Source: Acidobacteriota bacterium (GTDB lineage: Bacteria; Acidobacteriota; UBA890; WLXD01). Taken from it: a stretch of 64,000 bases of DNA. A program made the position numbers and the translations under genes. This document shows, one piece after another, positions 1 to 10,250 of the stretch. How positions within the stretch are numbered: position 1 is the stretch's first letter; the number at the start of each line of letters is the position of its first letter. The notes beneath the pieces were generated by a model. The model made no database searches, was not told where the DNA came from, and saw only the letters and a program-made list of their open reading frames with translations. The DNA lies in contig CAXWPL010000004.1 in NCBI GenBank assembly GCA_963666215.2, forward strand, positions 672,001-736,000. Reading direction: 5' to 3'.

Positions 1-519
1 ACCACTGGGTGGATCCTGCCGCCCGCTCGGGTCTTTGGGCTGGTAGCTCTTGTGCGATGCCCACGCTTCGATCAGCGTTCCATCAACGGTGAAGTGCTCG
101 TCCGATAGCAGTCCGCGCCTGCGCGCTTGCTCCACGACTTGCTCGAAGAACACTTCGGCGACCTCACCACCGAGCACCCGGTCTCGGTTCTTGGTGAACA
201 CCGTCGCATCCCACACCGCATCGTCCATGTTCAAGCCCACGAACCAGCGGAATAGCAGGTTGTAGTCGAGCTGCTCCATCAGCATGCGCTCGGAGCGGAT
301 CGTATACAGCACCTGCAGCAGCAATGCCCGCAACAGCTTCTCCGGCGGGATCGACGGCCGCCCCGTGTGCGAGTACATGCCGGCGAACAGTGGCGACATC
401 TGTTCCAGCACGTTGTTGACGATCTTCAGCAGCCGCCGCAGCGGATGGTCCTTCGGTACCCTCTGCTCGGGCGAGATATAGCTGAACGCTGCCACTTGAC
501 CCGCGTCTTCACCACGCAT
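1..519 (-). CDS. IS5-family DDE transposase, N-terminal part (truncated by window)
   Basis: Manual translation: MRGEDAGQVAAFSYISPEQRVPKDHPLR...GRPSIPPEKLLRALLLQVLYTIRSERMLMEQLDYNLLFRWFVGL...DEHFTVDGTLIEAWAS. SD-like GAGGTGA lies upstream of the ATG at 519. Confidence 0.92.
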   Translation of the reverse strand, partial: MRGEDAGQVAAFSYISPEQRVPKDHPLRRLLKIVNNVLEQMSPLFAGMYSHTGRPSIPPEKLLRALLLQVLYTIRSERMLMEQLDYNLLFRWFVGLNMDDAVWDATVFTKNRDRVLGGEVAEVFFEQVVEQARRRGLLSDEHFTVDGTLIEAWASHKSYQPKDPSGRQDPPSG

Positions 520-602
520 CTGCTCACCTCGTCGATGCTTCCGGTTGGCACGGGGCTGCATGGGTCAAGCTACATGAACGCTAGGAGTTTTTCAGCAGCC
601 TG
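1..602 (-). mobile_element. IS5-family insertion sequence, one end only (runs off the window edge)
   Basis: Terminal sequence CAGGCTGCTGAAAAACTC (602-585, minus strand) abuts CTAG at 603-606, the likely target site. A transposase gene follows. The other end is outside the window. Confidence 0.85.
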
Positions 603-606
603 CTAG

Positions 607-641
607 AGCCATTTCGCGACAGCAGCATTCGCCTGTTAGGT
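607..641 (-). other. attC-like site, left half only (interrupted by the IS)
   Basis: Minus strand reads ACCTAAC (RYYYAAC inverse core), then AGGCGAATGCTGCTGTCGCG..., then CTAG and the IS end. Confidence 0.6.
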
Positions 642-710
642 CGCGTCCCGCGGATGCACTTCGATCAGCGCTTCGAGGGAAGGCATCTCCCCGAAGTAGA
701 GCAACTCCAC
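636..710 (-). CDS. 24-aa ORF or gene remnant in a mini gene cassette
   Basis: GTG start, (M)ELLYFGEMPSLEALIEVHPRDAT*. The TAA stop lies inside the ACCTAAC inverse core, as is typical for cassette genes. Confidence 0.3.
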   Translation of the reverse strand: MELLYFGEMPSLEALIEVHPRDAT

Positions 711-733
711 CCTCTCGATGGGGGTAGAACGCG

Positions 734-791
734 ACCTGACGTTTGAGCTCAGCCACCGCCGAAACCGGTCGGCCGCAACGAGCGGTTAGAC
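734..791 (-). other. attC recombination site (58 bp) with variant core GTCAGGT
   Basis: Minus strand GTCTAAC-CGCTCGTTGCGGCCGACCGGTTTCGGCGGTGGCTGAGCTCAAAC-GTCAGGT, starting right after the stop codon of the DUF3224 gene. Imperfect palindrome of 59-be size. Confidence 0.75.
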
Positions 792-792
792 G

Positions 793-1320
793 TCATTCAC
801 TCTGCTGCGTAGGCAAGCGATATGTGAACTCGTAAAAGTGTTTGCCCTCTTCGATGTTGATCTTGAACTCGCCTTCCAGTCCGACCAATTCCTCAGTGCC
901 TGAGTCCGGAACTACGGTTACTACAAGGGATGGTGCGCCACGATTCATGGTGCCGGTGTGTTGCAGAACAAAGGTTCCTCGTTTTCCATTGAGAACACCT
1001 GATACGCGCTCAATTGCCACGTAGCCGGCCGACCCATTCGTGCTCGTCATCGCGCTGAGCATTTGACCGACTGCGTCCGCGGTGAGGTCGCCGGAAATCT
1101 GCTTGTCGATGGACATTCGCCCAAGCTTGAGCTCTGGGTCGGCGCCCTCAAACGCCAAAGGCTTCAATGAGACGACAAATTCACCTCTCGCGAATTGAGT
1201 CATGGGCTGTCCTTGCGCTTGTGAATGACATGCGGCAATCGAAAGCGACAACGCAATTTGAGCGAGGATAACAACGTGGCAATTTCCAACGGTAGTTCTC
1301 GGCGATCGCCGCTTGTTCAT
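793..1320 (-). CDS. DUF3224-family protein in a gene cassette, possible lipoprotein (alternative start 1203)
   Basis: Motifs ARGEFVVSLKP and GSAGYVAIERVSGVLNGKRGTFVLQH...VVPDSGTEELVGLEG. Upstream hydrophobic stretch ends LSIAAC. GC is visibly lower than in the flanking genes. Confidence 0.8.
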   Translation of the reverse strand: MNKRRSPRTTVGNCHVVILAQIALSLSIAACHSQAQGQPMTQFARGEFVVSLKPLAFEGADPELKLGRMSIDKQISGDLTADAVGQMLSAMTSTNGSAGYVAIERVSGVLNGKRGTFVLQHTGTMNRGAPSLVVTVVPDSGTEELVGLEGEFKINIEEGKHFYEFTYRLPTQQSE

Positions 1321-1346
1321 TCTGCTTGCTGCCTCTGTTTCTGCAC

Positions 1347-1418
1347 GTCTAGCTACAATTCGACCGCGCAGCGTAAGGGGACAACGCTGCGCGAGCCCGC
1401 AGCATAGCCGCGTTGCCG
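1347..1418 (-). other. degenerate attC-like site
   Basis: Minus strand CGGCAAC...GGTCGAATTGTA-GCTAGAC with a central perfect 10-bp stem (1365-1374/1384-1393). The core GCTAGACG pairs with CGTCTAAC at the far end of the cassette except at one base. Confidence 0.5.
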
Positions 1419-1625
1419 ATCGATCGCCAGGCAACGAGAAGATCCGTCGTCGCAACAACTTGACCGACATTGACAGCCCTCGCCAGGCTACGGCGAAGGG
1501 TCGTTGTCGGGCAGTGTTCGCGCTCCTCTTGGTGGTGGCGGCGGCGTTGGCCGATTCTTCGGTCGGTATCGAGACGGGCGGCCGGGTCGCGAATCGGGGC
1601 GCCGGGCAGACGGTATCATCGCCGC

Positions 1626-2888
1626 ATGGAAAAGCTCAGCATCCAGGGTGGACGGCCATTGACCGGCTCGGTGACGGTCGGGGGCGCCAAGAACGCGGCG
1701 TTGCCGGAGCTGGCGGCGACGTTGCTGGCCGATGGGCCGGTGCGGCTGCAGAACGTGCCGGACGTTTGGGACGTGGCCACCATGTGCAAGCTGCTGCGGC
1801 AGCTCGGGATGGAGGTTGAGCGGCCGCGACCGGGGATCGTCGAGACGCGGCCGGCGGAAGATCTGGGATCCGAGGCGTCGTACGACCTCGTGAAGACGAT
1901 GCGGGCGAGCTTTCTGGTGCTCGGGCCGCTGCTGGCGCGGACCGGGCGCGCTCGTGTGTCGTTACCGGGAGGGTGCGCGATCGGCGCGCGGCCCGTGGAT
2001 CGGCACCTGGCGGGGTTTGCTCGGATGGGTGCTGAGCTCGAGGTGCAGCACGGGTATGTGGAGGCACGCTGCAAGCGGCTGCACGGAGCGGAGATCATTT
2101 TCGACATCCCGACTGTGGGCGGCACCGAAAACTGCATGATGGCGGCGACGCTGGCGGAGGGCACAACGGTGATCCGCAACGCCGCGCGCGAGCCGGAGAT
2201 TTCTGATCTGGCGGCGATGCTGACGGCGATGGGCGCCCATATTGCCGGCGCCGGGAGCGACACGATCACCATTGAGGGCGTGCAGTCGCTGCACACGGCA
2301 GGCCACGGCGTACGACCCGACAGGATTGAGGCCGGCACGTACCTCGTGGCGGGCGCGCTCGCCGGCGAGAATCTGCGCTTGGAGAACTGCCAGCCGGGAG
2401 ACCTGCGGCCCGTCATCGACAAGCTACGCGCCGCCGGCACGCCAATGGAAATCGAACCGACTTCCATTCTGGTGGGCCGCGCGGTCGCACCCGAGTCGGT
2501 CGACGTTCACACGCTCCCCCACCCCGGCTTTCCGACGGATATGCAGGCGCAGTTCATGGTGCTGATGACGCAGGCCAACGGTAGTTCGCTGCTGCGGGAA
2601 ACCATTTTCGAGAATCGCTTCATGCACGTTCCCGAGCTCATTCGAATGGGAGCCGACATCGCGGTCGAAGGCAACAGCGCGATTGTTCGTGGACCCACAA
2701 CTCTGAGCGGTGCCAACGTCATGGCCACCGACCTTCGCGCCTCGGCCTCGCTGGTGCTCGCCGCGCTGGTCGCCGAGGGAACAACGGTCATCGACCGCGT
2801 ATATCACCTCTATCGCGGCTATGAGGATCTCATCGGTAAGTTGACGGCGGTCGGTGCATCTGTTGTGCGCTCGGACTCATATGAATGA
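1626..2888 (+). CDS. murA: UDP-N-acetylglucosamine 1-carboxyvinyltransferase
   Basis: [54 protein letters not shown] motifs. Confidence 0.97.
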   Translation: MEKLSIQGGRPLTGSVTVGGAKNAALPELAATLLADGPVRLQNVPDVWDVATMCKLLRQLGMEVERPRPGIVETRPAEDLGSEASYDLVKTMRASFLVLGPLLARTGRARVSLPGGCAIGARPVDRHLAGFARMGAELEVQHGYVEARCKRLHGAEIIFDIPTVGGTENCMMAATLAEGTTVIRNAAREPEISDLAAMLTAMGAHIAGAGSDTITIEGVQSLHTAGHGVRPDRIEAGTYLVAGALAGENLRLENCQPGDLRPVIDKLRAAGTPMEIEPTSILVGRAVAPESVDVHTLPHPGFPTDMQAQFMVLMTQANGSSLLRETIFENRFMHVPELIRMGADIAVEGNSAIVRGPTTLSGANVMATDLRASASLVLAALVAEGTTVIDRVYHLYRGYEDLIGKLTAVGASVVRSDSYE

Positions 2889-2939
2889 ATACACACGCCG
2901 ACCTTTGCCGATGAAATGTCCTATTGAATGGAGGATCAC

Positions 2940-3689
2940 ATGCCCGAAGGCATAGTTGTCGAACAACGCGAGGATGTGCAGGTGCTCCATATGCGGTTCG
3001 GTCGCGCCAACGCGCTGAGCCCTGACAATGTCGAGGCACTCATCGGTGCGCTTGGTGGTCTTGATGGCCCCACCGTGATCACCGGTGAAGACAAGATCTT
3101 CTGTGCAGGTCTCGACCTTCTCGAAGTCGACAAGCTGGATCGCGACGCGATGGCCACGTTCGTCGAGCGCTTCTCCGTTCTGCTCACGCAAACGCTCACC
3201 ACGCGGGCGCCACTGGTGGCGGCGGTTAACGGACACGCGGTTGCCGGCGGCTGCGTTCTGGCAATGGCGGCCGACCATCGCGTTGGTGTGGAAGGCCGGT
3301 ACAAGATCGGCATGAACGAGATCGCCATCGGACTAACGCTCCCCGCCATCGTTATGGAGATCATGCGCGGCAAGCTGACGGCGGCCGCCGCGCGCAACGT
3401 GGTGCTCGGGGCAGACCTTGTGGACCCCGAGGCGGCCGTGCGCGTTGGCTTATTGGACGGATTGGCTGCGAATGCCGATGCCGCCATCAACGAGGCCTGC
3501 GACAAGGCGCGGCGACTGGCTCGCTCGCCAGCGGAGTTCGCGGCGATGAAGGGGGCGCTGGTGGCCCCCATCACCGAGCGCTTCGCGACGACGCGCGAGG
3601 CGATTGACCGACGCTTCCTCGACTCCTGGTTCACCGAATCGGCGTGCCAGAAGCGGCGCGAGGCGGTGGAGCGCCTGGCGGCGCGATAG
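2940..3689 (+). CDS. enoyl-CoA hydratase/isomerase (crotonase superfamily)
   Basis: FCAGLDL, AAVNGHAVAGGCVLA and IGMNEIAIGL motifs; GGAGGA SD before ATG 2940. Confidence 0.9.
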   Translation: MPEGIVVEQREDVQVLHMRFGRANALSPDNVEALIGALGGLDGPTVITGEDKIFCAGLDLLEVDKLDRDAMATFVERFSVLLTQTLTTRAPLVAAVNGHAVAGGCVLAMAADHRVGVEGRYKIGMNEIAIGLTLPAIVMEIMRGKLTAAAARNVVLGADLVDPEAAVRVGLLDGLAANADAAINEACDKARRLARSPAEFAAMKGALVAPITERFATTREAIDRRFLDSWFTESACQKRREAVERLAAR

Positions 3690-3730
3690 GTCGCGTCCCC
3701 TGGACCGGGCGTGGCCGGGCGGAGCAACGC

Positions 3731-4588
3731 CTAGCCGTGAGCTCGAGGTAGCCCACCGACGGTCGCCGGAGCGACCGCGACGGCGCAAATCCGTACAGAT
3801 GCCGCACCGGCGCGCTCCAAGGTCTCGGCGGCGGAGCTCACTGTTGCCCCCGTGGTGATGACGTCGTCGAGCAGCACGATCGTGGCACCGCGAACAGCGG
3901 CGCGATGGCGCTCGCAGACAACGAACGCTCCCCGCATGTTGGCGCGCCGATCGCGTCCGCTGAGCCCCACTTGGGGGCGCGTGGAACGGACCCGCCGCAG
4001 TGCGTGCAGCACCTGTGGCCCCACGCCGCGGCCGCCGGTGCCGCTAGGGTCGTCGCCGCCGTCGTCGTCGCAGTGGCCAGGTGCGGACCCTGCGCGAACG
4101 AATCCTCGAGCGATCGCCATGACCTGGTTGTGTCCACGGGCCCAGCGACGGCGCCAGTGCAGCGGCACGGGGATCACGATGTCGGCCCCCACCAGCGACT
4201 CGCCGCAGGCCGACTGCCGCATCATTTGGCCGAGGCGAGCTCCGGCGACGGTGTTGCCCTGGTACTTCAGTGCGTGAACCACGGCGCGGACAGGCCCCGC
4301 GAACAGCAAGTGTACGCGCGCCGATCGACCCGAGTCCACTTCCAACGCGCGGTCCCAGAGGTCCACTTCTTCCCCACATTGAGCACAAAGGAACGGGCGC
4401 CAATCGCCTTCGATACAGGGTCGGTCGCACTCGAGGCACATCGACGGCAACACGGCGTCCAGAAACCGGTTGCCAAGCGCCGCAACGCGGCCGATCGCGG
4501 GCCCCGCCGTTGCGCTGAGGAGCCTGCGAAAATCGCCGCCGGGCGCCCGCAAGAACGGTGAAAGACCCATACCTGATGGGACGGGCAC
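3731..4588 (-). CDS. comF: ComF/phosphoribosyltransferase-family protein (true start probably further downstream)
   Basis: N-terminal CxxC...CxxC; VPLHWRRRWARGHNQ; VLLDDVITTGATV PRTase motif. Confidence 0.85.
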   Translation of the reverse strand: MPVPSGMGLSPFLRAPGGDFRRLLSATAGPAIGRVAALGNRFLDAVLPSMCLECDRPCIEGDWRPFLCAQCGEEVDLWDRALEVDSGRSARVHLLFAGPVRAVVHALKYQGNTVAGARLGQMMRQSACGESLVGADIVIPVPLHWRRRWARGHNQVMAIARGFVRAGSAPGHCDDDGGDDPSGTGGRGVGPQVLHALRRVRSTRPQVGLSGRDRRANMRGAFVVCERHRAAVRGATIVLLDDVITTGATVSSAAETLERAGAASVRICAVAVAPATVGGLPRAHG

Positions 4589-4647
4589 GTGGCGGCGCCC
4601 TTCAGAAGAATTCTGAAGAATGTAAGGAATGCCTCAGAAGTCGCCGG

Positions 4648-5039
4648 CTATCTGGGGCTTAACAGCGCGTAGCCGATCCATACCGCCACCAGGCCGAGAA
4701 CAACATGCAGGGCGACGTGCGCAGCCGCCTGCGGCAGATGGCCGGCCGCAACAAATCGAAGCTCTCGAAGCCGAAGGCGGAGTAGGTCGTGAAGCCGCCG
4801 AGCAAGCCAACCACCGAGAACAAGCGCACATCAGCGCCGAAGAACCCCGGGCGCGATTCGGCAACACCAACAAAGGCGCCGATGAGCAGACAGCCGGCCA
4901 GGTTCACCGCAAGCGTGCCGTACGGAAACATCTCGACAGGCAGGCGCCGCTGCTCCCACCAGGTAAGGCCGTACCGGAGAACCGCTCCGATGAAGCCACC
5001 CGAGCCAACGAGTCCGGCCTGGACGAGGGCGGCTCTCAC
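4648..5039 (-). pseudogene. crcB: fluoride exporter FluC/CrcB, frameshifted near 4745
   Basis: GGFIGAVLRY, FPYGTLAVNLAGC and GLLGGFTTYSAF motifs. The last TM helix (GHLPQAAAHVALHVVLGLVAVWIGYALL) is in a shifted frame that ends in TAG at 4648-4650. Confidence 0.85.
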
Positions 5040-5072
5040 CTGGCCAAGCGCAGGGCAGCCGGGCGCGCCGCG

Positions 5073-5444
5073 CTATTCCCGATTCTTGTTCCTATCCGCA
5101 GCGGCTTCTCGCTCTTGCTGGCAGTCGACGCACAGGATCGCCCATGGAAGCGCCTTCAGGCGCGCATCGGAGATCTTCTCGCCGCATTCGTCACACTTGC
5201 CGTAGTCGCCGCCTTCTAGCCTCTCGAGCGCTGCGTCCAGTCGTGCAATCCGCTCGCGGTCGTTGTCGGTGAGGGTGAAGTTGAACTCGCGGGTGTAGCC
5301 GTCGGCCGCTTTATCGGCGAGGTCCAGCGTGCCTTCGTCGAGCGCCTCGCGTTGCCGACTCTGGTTGCGTTTGAACGCGGCTACGAGCTCCTTCCGTTGT
5401 TTCAGAAGCTCTTTGAGGAATTTCTTCTTCTGCGCGGCTCTCAT
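5073..5444 (-). CDS. DksA/TraR C4 zinc-finger protein
   Basis: DLADKA coiled-coil tip; YGKCDECGEKISDARLKALPWAILCVDCQ. Confidence 0.92.
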   Translation of the reverse strand: MRAAQKKKFLKELLKQRKELVAAFKRNQSRQREALDEGTLDLADKAADGYTREFNFTLTDNDRERIARLDAALERLEGGDYGKCDECGEKISDARLKALPWAILCVDCQQEREAAADRNKNRE

Positions 5445-5472
5445 GACTAGTCGTTCGATCCGTTTTTTGAGG

Positions 5473-5949
5473 TTAGCGCGCGTACGGGTGGCGGCTAATC
5501 AAGGTCAGTGAGCGATATACCTGTTCCACCAGAATCAGGCACGCCATGTCGTGCGGCAGCGTCATTTTCGACAGGCTCAGGGTCCGGTCAGCCCGGGTGA
5601 GAACCGCCGAGGATAATCCATCCGGGCCGCCGACGACAAACCCCAACGCGCGACGCTCTTCGTAGAGCACGCGGCGCACCATCTTAGCCAGCTCGGTCGA
5701 CGATAGAGCCTTACCACCCACATCGAGAGCCACCACTTCGAGCTGCGCTACGCCCTCGAGCCGCCGCAGAATCCCTTCTCCCTCGCGATCGACACGGTGG
5801 GCCTTGCTGTAGCGTCCCGTTTGGCGCTCCTCGGGGGCGTGCAGCGTGCGGACGGGCACGTAGCGCCGAATTCGAGATAGATACTCGTCTATGCCGCGGA
5901 CCGCGTAGTCGGCGGAGAGCTTGCCCACCGAGCAGAAAACCAGCTCCAC
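5473..5949 (-). CDS. rlmH: 23S rRNA (pseudouridine1915-N3)-methyltransferase
   Basis: FVVGGPDG and LSLSKMTLPHDMACLILVEQVYR...HPY SPOUT motifs; follows rsfS as usual. Start approximate. Confidence 0.92.
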   Translation of the reverse strand: MELVFCSVGKLSADYAVRGIDEYLSRIRRYVPVRTLHAPEERQTGRYSKAHRVDREGEGILRRLEGVAQLEVVALDVGGKALSSTELAKMVRRVLYEERRALGFVVGGPDGLSSAVLTRADRTLSLSKMTLPHDMACLILVEQVYRSLTLISRHPYAR

Positions 5950-5957
5950 GCGCAGTC

Positions 5958-6577
5958 CTACTCGGTGTCGATTTGCAGCATGGGTACGTCGCGCCAGAGT
6001 CGCTCGAGCTCGTAGAAAGCACGCGTCTCGGGGAGAAACACGTGCACCACGAAGTCGATGTAGTCGAGGAGAATCCAAACGGCGTGGGCGCCTCCCTCGA
6101 CGTGTTTCGGATTGTTGCCTTTCTTCCCCAGACGCTTCTGGATTCCCTTCGAGATCGCGGCTACCTGGGGATCGCTACGTCCGCTGCACACCACTAGGTA
6201 GTCGGTGTAGCTGGCAACCCCGCCAATGTCGAGCACGGCGATGTTGATTCCCTTGTGCTCCTCGATTGCCTCGACCGCCTCGCGAACTTCGGCCGGCAAC
6301 TGTTCGAGGGTCAGCACCGGAGCCGGCTGCGAAACAGTCTCAGACATCGTCTCGGAATCGGTCTCGGCGCTGTTGTCCGTGGCCGTGTCGGGTTCAACGC
6401 CGCCGTCAACGGCGGTTTCAGAGGCGGTGTCGGCGGCGGTGTCGGCGGCAGCGGCAGCGGTAGCGTCGGCGGTAGCGTCGGCGGCGGCGGCGGTTTCGGC
6501 AGCAGTGTCAGCAGCGGTAGCGTCGGCGGCGGCGGCCGCGGTTTCGGCAGCGGTGTCAGCAGCGGTGTCGGGGGCGG

Positions 6578-6581
<4 letters not shown>
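5958..6581 (-). CDS. rsfS: ribosome silencing factor with long acidic Ala/Thr N-terminal extension
   Basis: YTDYLVVCSGRS, WILLDYIDFVVHVF and RAFYELERLW motifs. The GTG start overlaps the nadD stop (GTGA); an internal ATG at 6348 is an alternative start. Confidence 0.9.
6411..6570 (-). repeat. imperfect coding tandem repeat (TAAD/TAAE units; ~45-48 bp duplication)
   Basis: Encodes TAADTAAETAAAAADATAADTAAETAAAADATADATAAAAADTAADTASETA. Confidence 0.8.
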
Positions 6582-8397
<1,816 letters not shown>

Positions 8398-8428
8398 CTA
8401 CCGGGCTGGCTCGCGACGCAGGCCCAAA

Positions 8429-8686
8429 TCAGGCCTCGGGCAGTACCGCGATGAACTTGCCGCGACGGCCCTTGTTCTGGAAGGTCACATAGCCGTCGAT
8501 CTTCGCAAAAAGCGTATCGTCGCGGCCGCGACCCACATTGAGACCAGCCTTGAACCGAGTGCCGCGCTGGCGGACGATAATCGAGCCGCCGCTGACGAAC
8601 TCACCGCCAAAGCGCTTAACGCCGAGGCGCTGCGCGTTGCTGTCGCGGCCATTACGGCTGCTGCCTTGACCCTTCTTGTGTGCCAT
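8429..8686 (-). CDS. rpmA: 50S ribosomal protein L27
   Basis: [24 protein letters not shown]. Confidence 0.99.
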   Translation of the reverse strand: MAHKKGQGSSRNGRDSNAQRLGVKRFGGEFVSGGSIIVRQRGTRFKAGLNVGRGRDDTLFAKIDGYVTFQNKGRRGKFIAVLPEA

Positions 8687-8719
8687 CGGTCGGCCCTCTG
8701 CTGGAGGTAACTCGGACGC

Positions 8720-9301
8720 CTAGTCGTCGGCGTCGGCCACATCCTTCTTCGTGGTCTTCTTCTTGGTCGTCTTCTTTTTGGCGACTTTCTTTACGACCTT
8801 CTTCTCGTCGCTGGCAGATGCAGCCTTCGTCGTTTTCTTCTTCGCTGCTGCCTTCTTCTTCGCCACCTTTTTCTTCGCGGCGGGCTTCGCTTTCGCGGTC
8901 GCAGCGCCGGCCTCGGCAGGCTCGGCGACCTCGGCCGGCTTCGGCGTCGAAGCGGCCTTCTTGGCCTTCGGCTCGGGCTTCGGGCCGGCCGGCATCACGA
9001 TCTCTTCGATCTGGAGCGCGGTGAACTGCTGCCGATGACCGATACGGCGGCGATAGCCCTTGCGTCGCTTCTTTTTGAACGCGATGAGCTTCGCGCCGCG
9101 TCCGATGTCGACGACCTTCGCCTTGACGAGGGCACCATCAACGTTAGGCGTGCCAATCACCACGTCTCCGTTGGAGGCGACGAGTCGTACCTCGTCGATG
9201 TCGACGACGGCGCCAAGGTCGCTGGCGAGGCGCTCAACCCGGAGGACGTCACCCTTGGCGACGCGATACTGCTTTCCACCGGTTTCAATAACGGCGTACA
9301 T
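8720..9301 (-). CDS. rplU: 50S ribosomal protein L21 with Lys/Ala-rich C-terminal extension
   Basis: MYAVIETGGKQYRV...KKKRRKGYRRRIGHRQ, followed by an ~90-aa tail. Confidence 0.98.
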   Translation of the reverse strand: MYAVIETGGKQYRVAKGDVLRVERLASDLGAVVDIDEVRLVASNGDVVIGTPNVDGALVKAKVVDIGRGAKLIAFKKKRRKGYRRRIGHRQQFTALQIEEIVMPAGPKPEPKAKKAASTPKPAEVAEPAEAGAATAKAKPAAKKKVAKKKAAAKKKTTKAASASDEKKVVKKVAKKKTTKKKTTKKDVADADD

Positions 9302-9442
9302 GACTCGATCCCCTCTAAGGATCTAGAAAACTCGGGCTAGCGGCGGCGCTTGGGTTAGCTGCGTCAGCACCGGGCCGCGACTTCTTTGGCGGGCGCTCAC
9401 CGAGGCTCAGAGATTGGAGTGAGACAGGAGCGCAAGCGGGCT

Positions 9443-9472
9443 ATTCTACGCTTCTACGCGCCAATCGGGCAA
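9443..9472 (-). promoter_or_regulatory. putative sigma70 promoter for the rplU operon
   Basis: TTGCCC-N18-TAGAAT on the minus strand, ~140 nt upstream of rplU. Confidence 0.5.
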
Positions 9473-9499
9473 GCCGATCTCGGTTCGCTCCTATGCGGG

Positions 9500-10234
9500 C
9501 TAGGTGCCGGAGCCCAGGGTCATCTCCTCGAGCGCTCGTTCGCGGGCCGCGAGCGCCTCCAGGCGCCGAGTCAACTCGTTGATTCGGTCCTGCATCTGCT
9601 CCAAATCGAGCCGTGCGTTGGTGAACTCGTAAACCAGGTTGTGCATGAGGTGCAGCTGGCGCTCCTGGCGCTTCTCGAGCTGGCCACTGAGCTCCGAAAC
9701 ATGCTCGCCAATCCAATCGGCCGTGGCGTCGACGCGAGCCTCGAGATTGTCCTTGAGCAGGTCGAAGCCGGTTTCGAAGCGCCGCTCGGCGTACTGATCC
9801 TGCACCACCAGCCTGCCCAGAACCGCCTCGAGGTTGATCGTTGCCCGGAAGAGCGGTCGCGCCAAGCGCCGCAGCACCCGCAGCACCAGCCCCTTGACGC
9901 CGCCGCTTCCGGTTGCGTACAGCTCCTCGCCGGCGTTCAGTCCCTTGACGCCGGCGCTCTGGAGCTTGGCGTCTTTCGTTTGGGTGGTCGAGACGCTCAC
10001 CGCGTCGGGCACGACCGGCACTTCGGGCAGCCGTGCCCGCACTCGCGACAGCTCGTCCATGAGTCCGCGCGGCAAGTCCTCGCGCCGCAAACGCGGCCGC
10101 ATGGGCATGGTGCGCAGCTCTTCGAGCTCGCGATCGGTGAACCGTGTGCCGCGCTTGCGCTCAATCGACGCGGCTACGCGAGCCTCGAGCTCTTCGACAT
10201 CGATCGCCGGATCGTCTATCCGAAACCTACCCAT
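9500..10234 (-). CDS. hypothetical coiled-coil protein
   Basis: Intact ORF tightly downstream of the Omp85 gene. IDVEELEARV N-terminus, amphipathic LVLRVLRRLARPLF helix and a heptad-rich C-terminus. Confidence 0.75.
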   Translation of the reverse strand: MGRFRIDDPAIDVEELEARVAASIERKRGTRFTDRELEELRTMPMRPRLRREDLPRGLMDELSRVRARLPEVPVVPDAVSVSTTQTKDAKLQSAGVKGLNAGEELYATGSGGVKGLVLRVLRRLARPLFRATINLEAVLGRLVVQDQYAERRFETGFDLLKDNLEARVDATADWIGEHVSELSGQLEKRQERQLHLMHNLVYEFTNARLDLEQMQDRINELTRRLEALAARERALEEMTLGSGT

Positions 10235-10250
10235 ACGGTCGCAACTCGGC

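Noticed and set aside
1470-1625. Upstream extension of murA, and similar extensions of dprA, ugd, rsmI and the ygfZ-like gene in the ORF track
   Set aside because: Family homology starts at downstream ATGs; the extensions are low-information Arg-rich reads.
5040-5075. Fluoride riboswitch upstream of crcB
   Set aside because: Only ~33 bp separate crcB from the dksA-like gene, and no riboswitch consensus is visible.
6411-6570. CRISPR array
   Set aside because: The repeats are in-frame, codon-periodic and lack unique spacers; no cas genes in the window.
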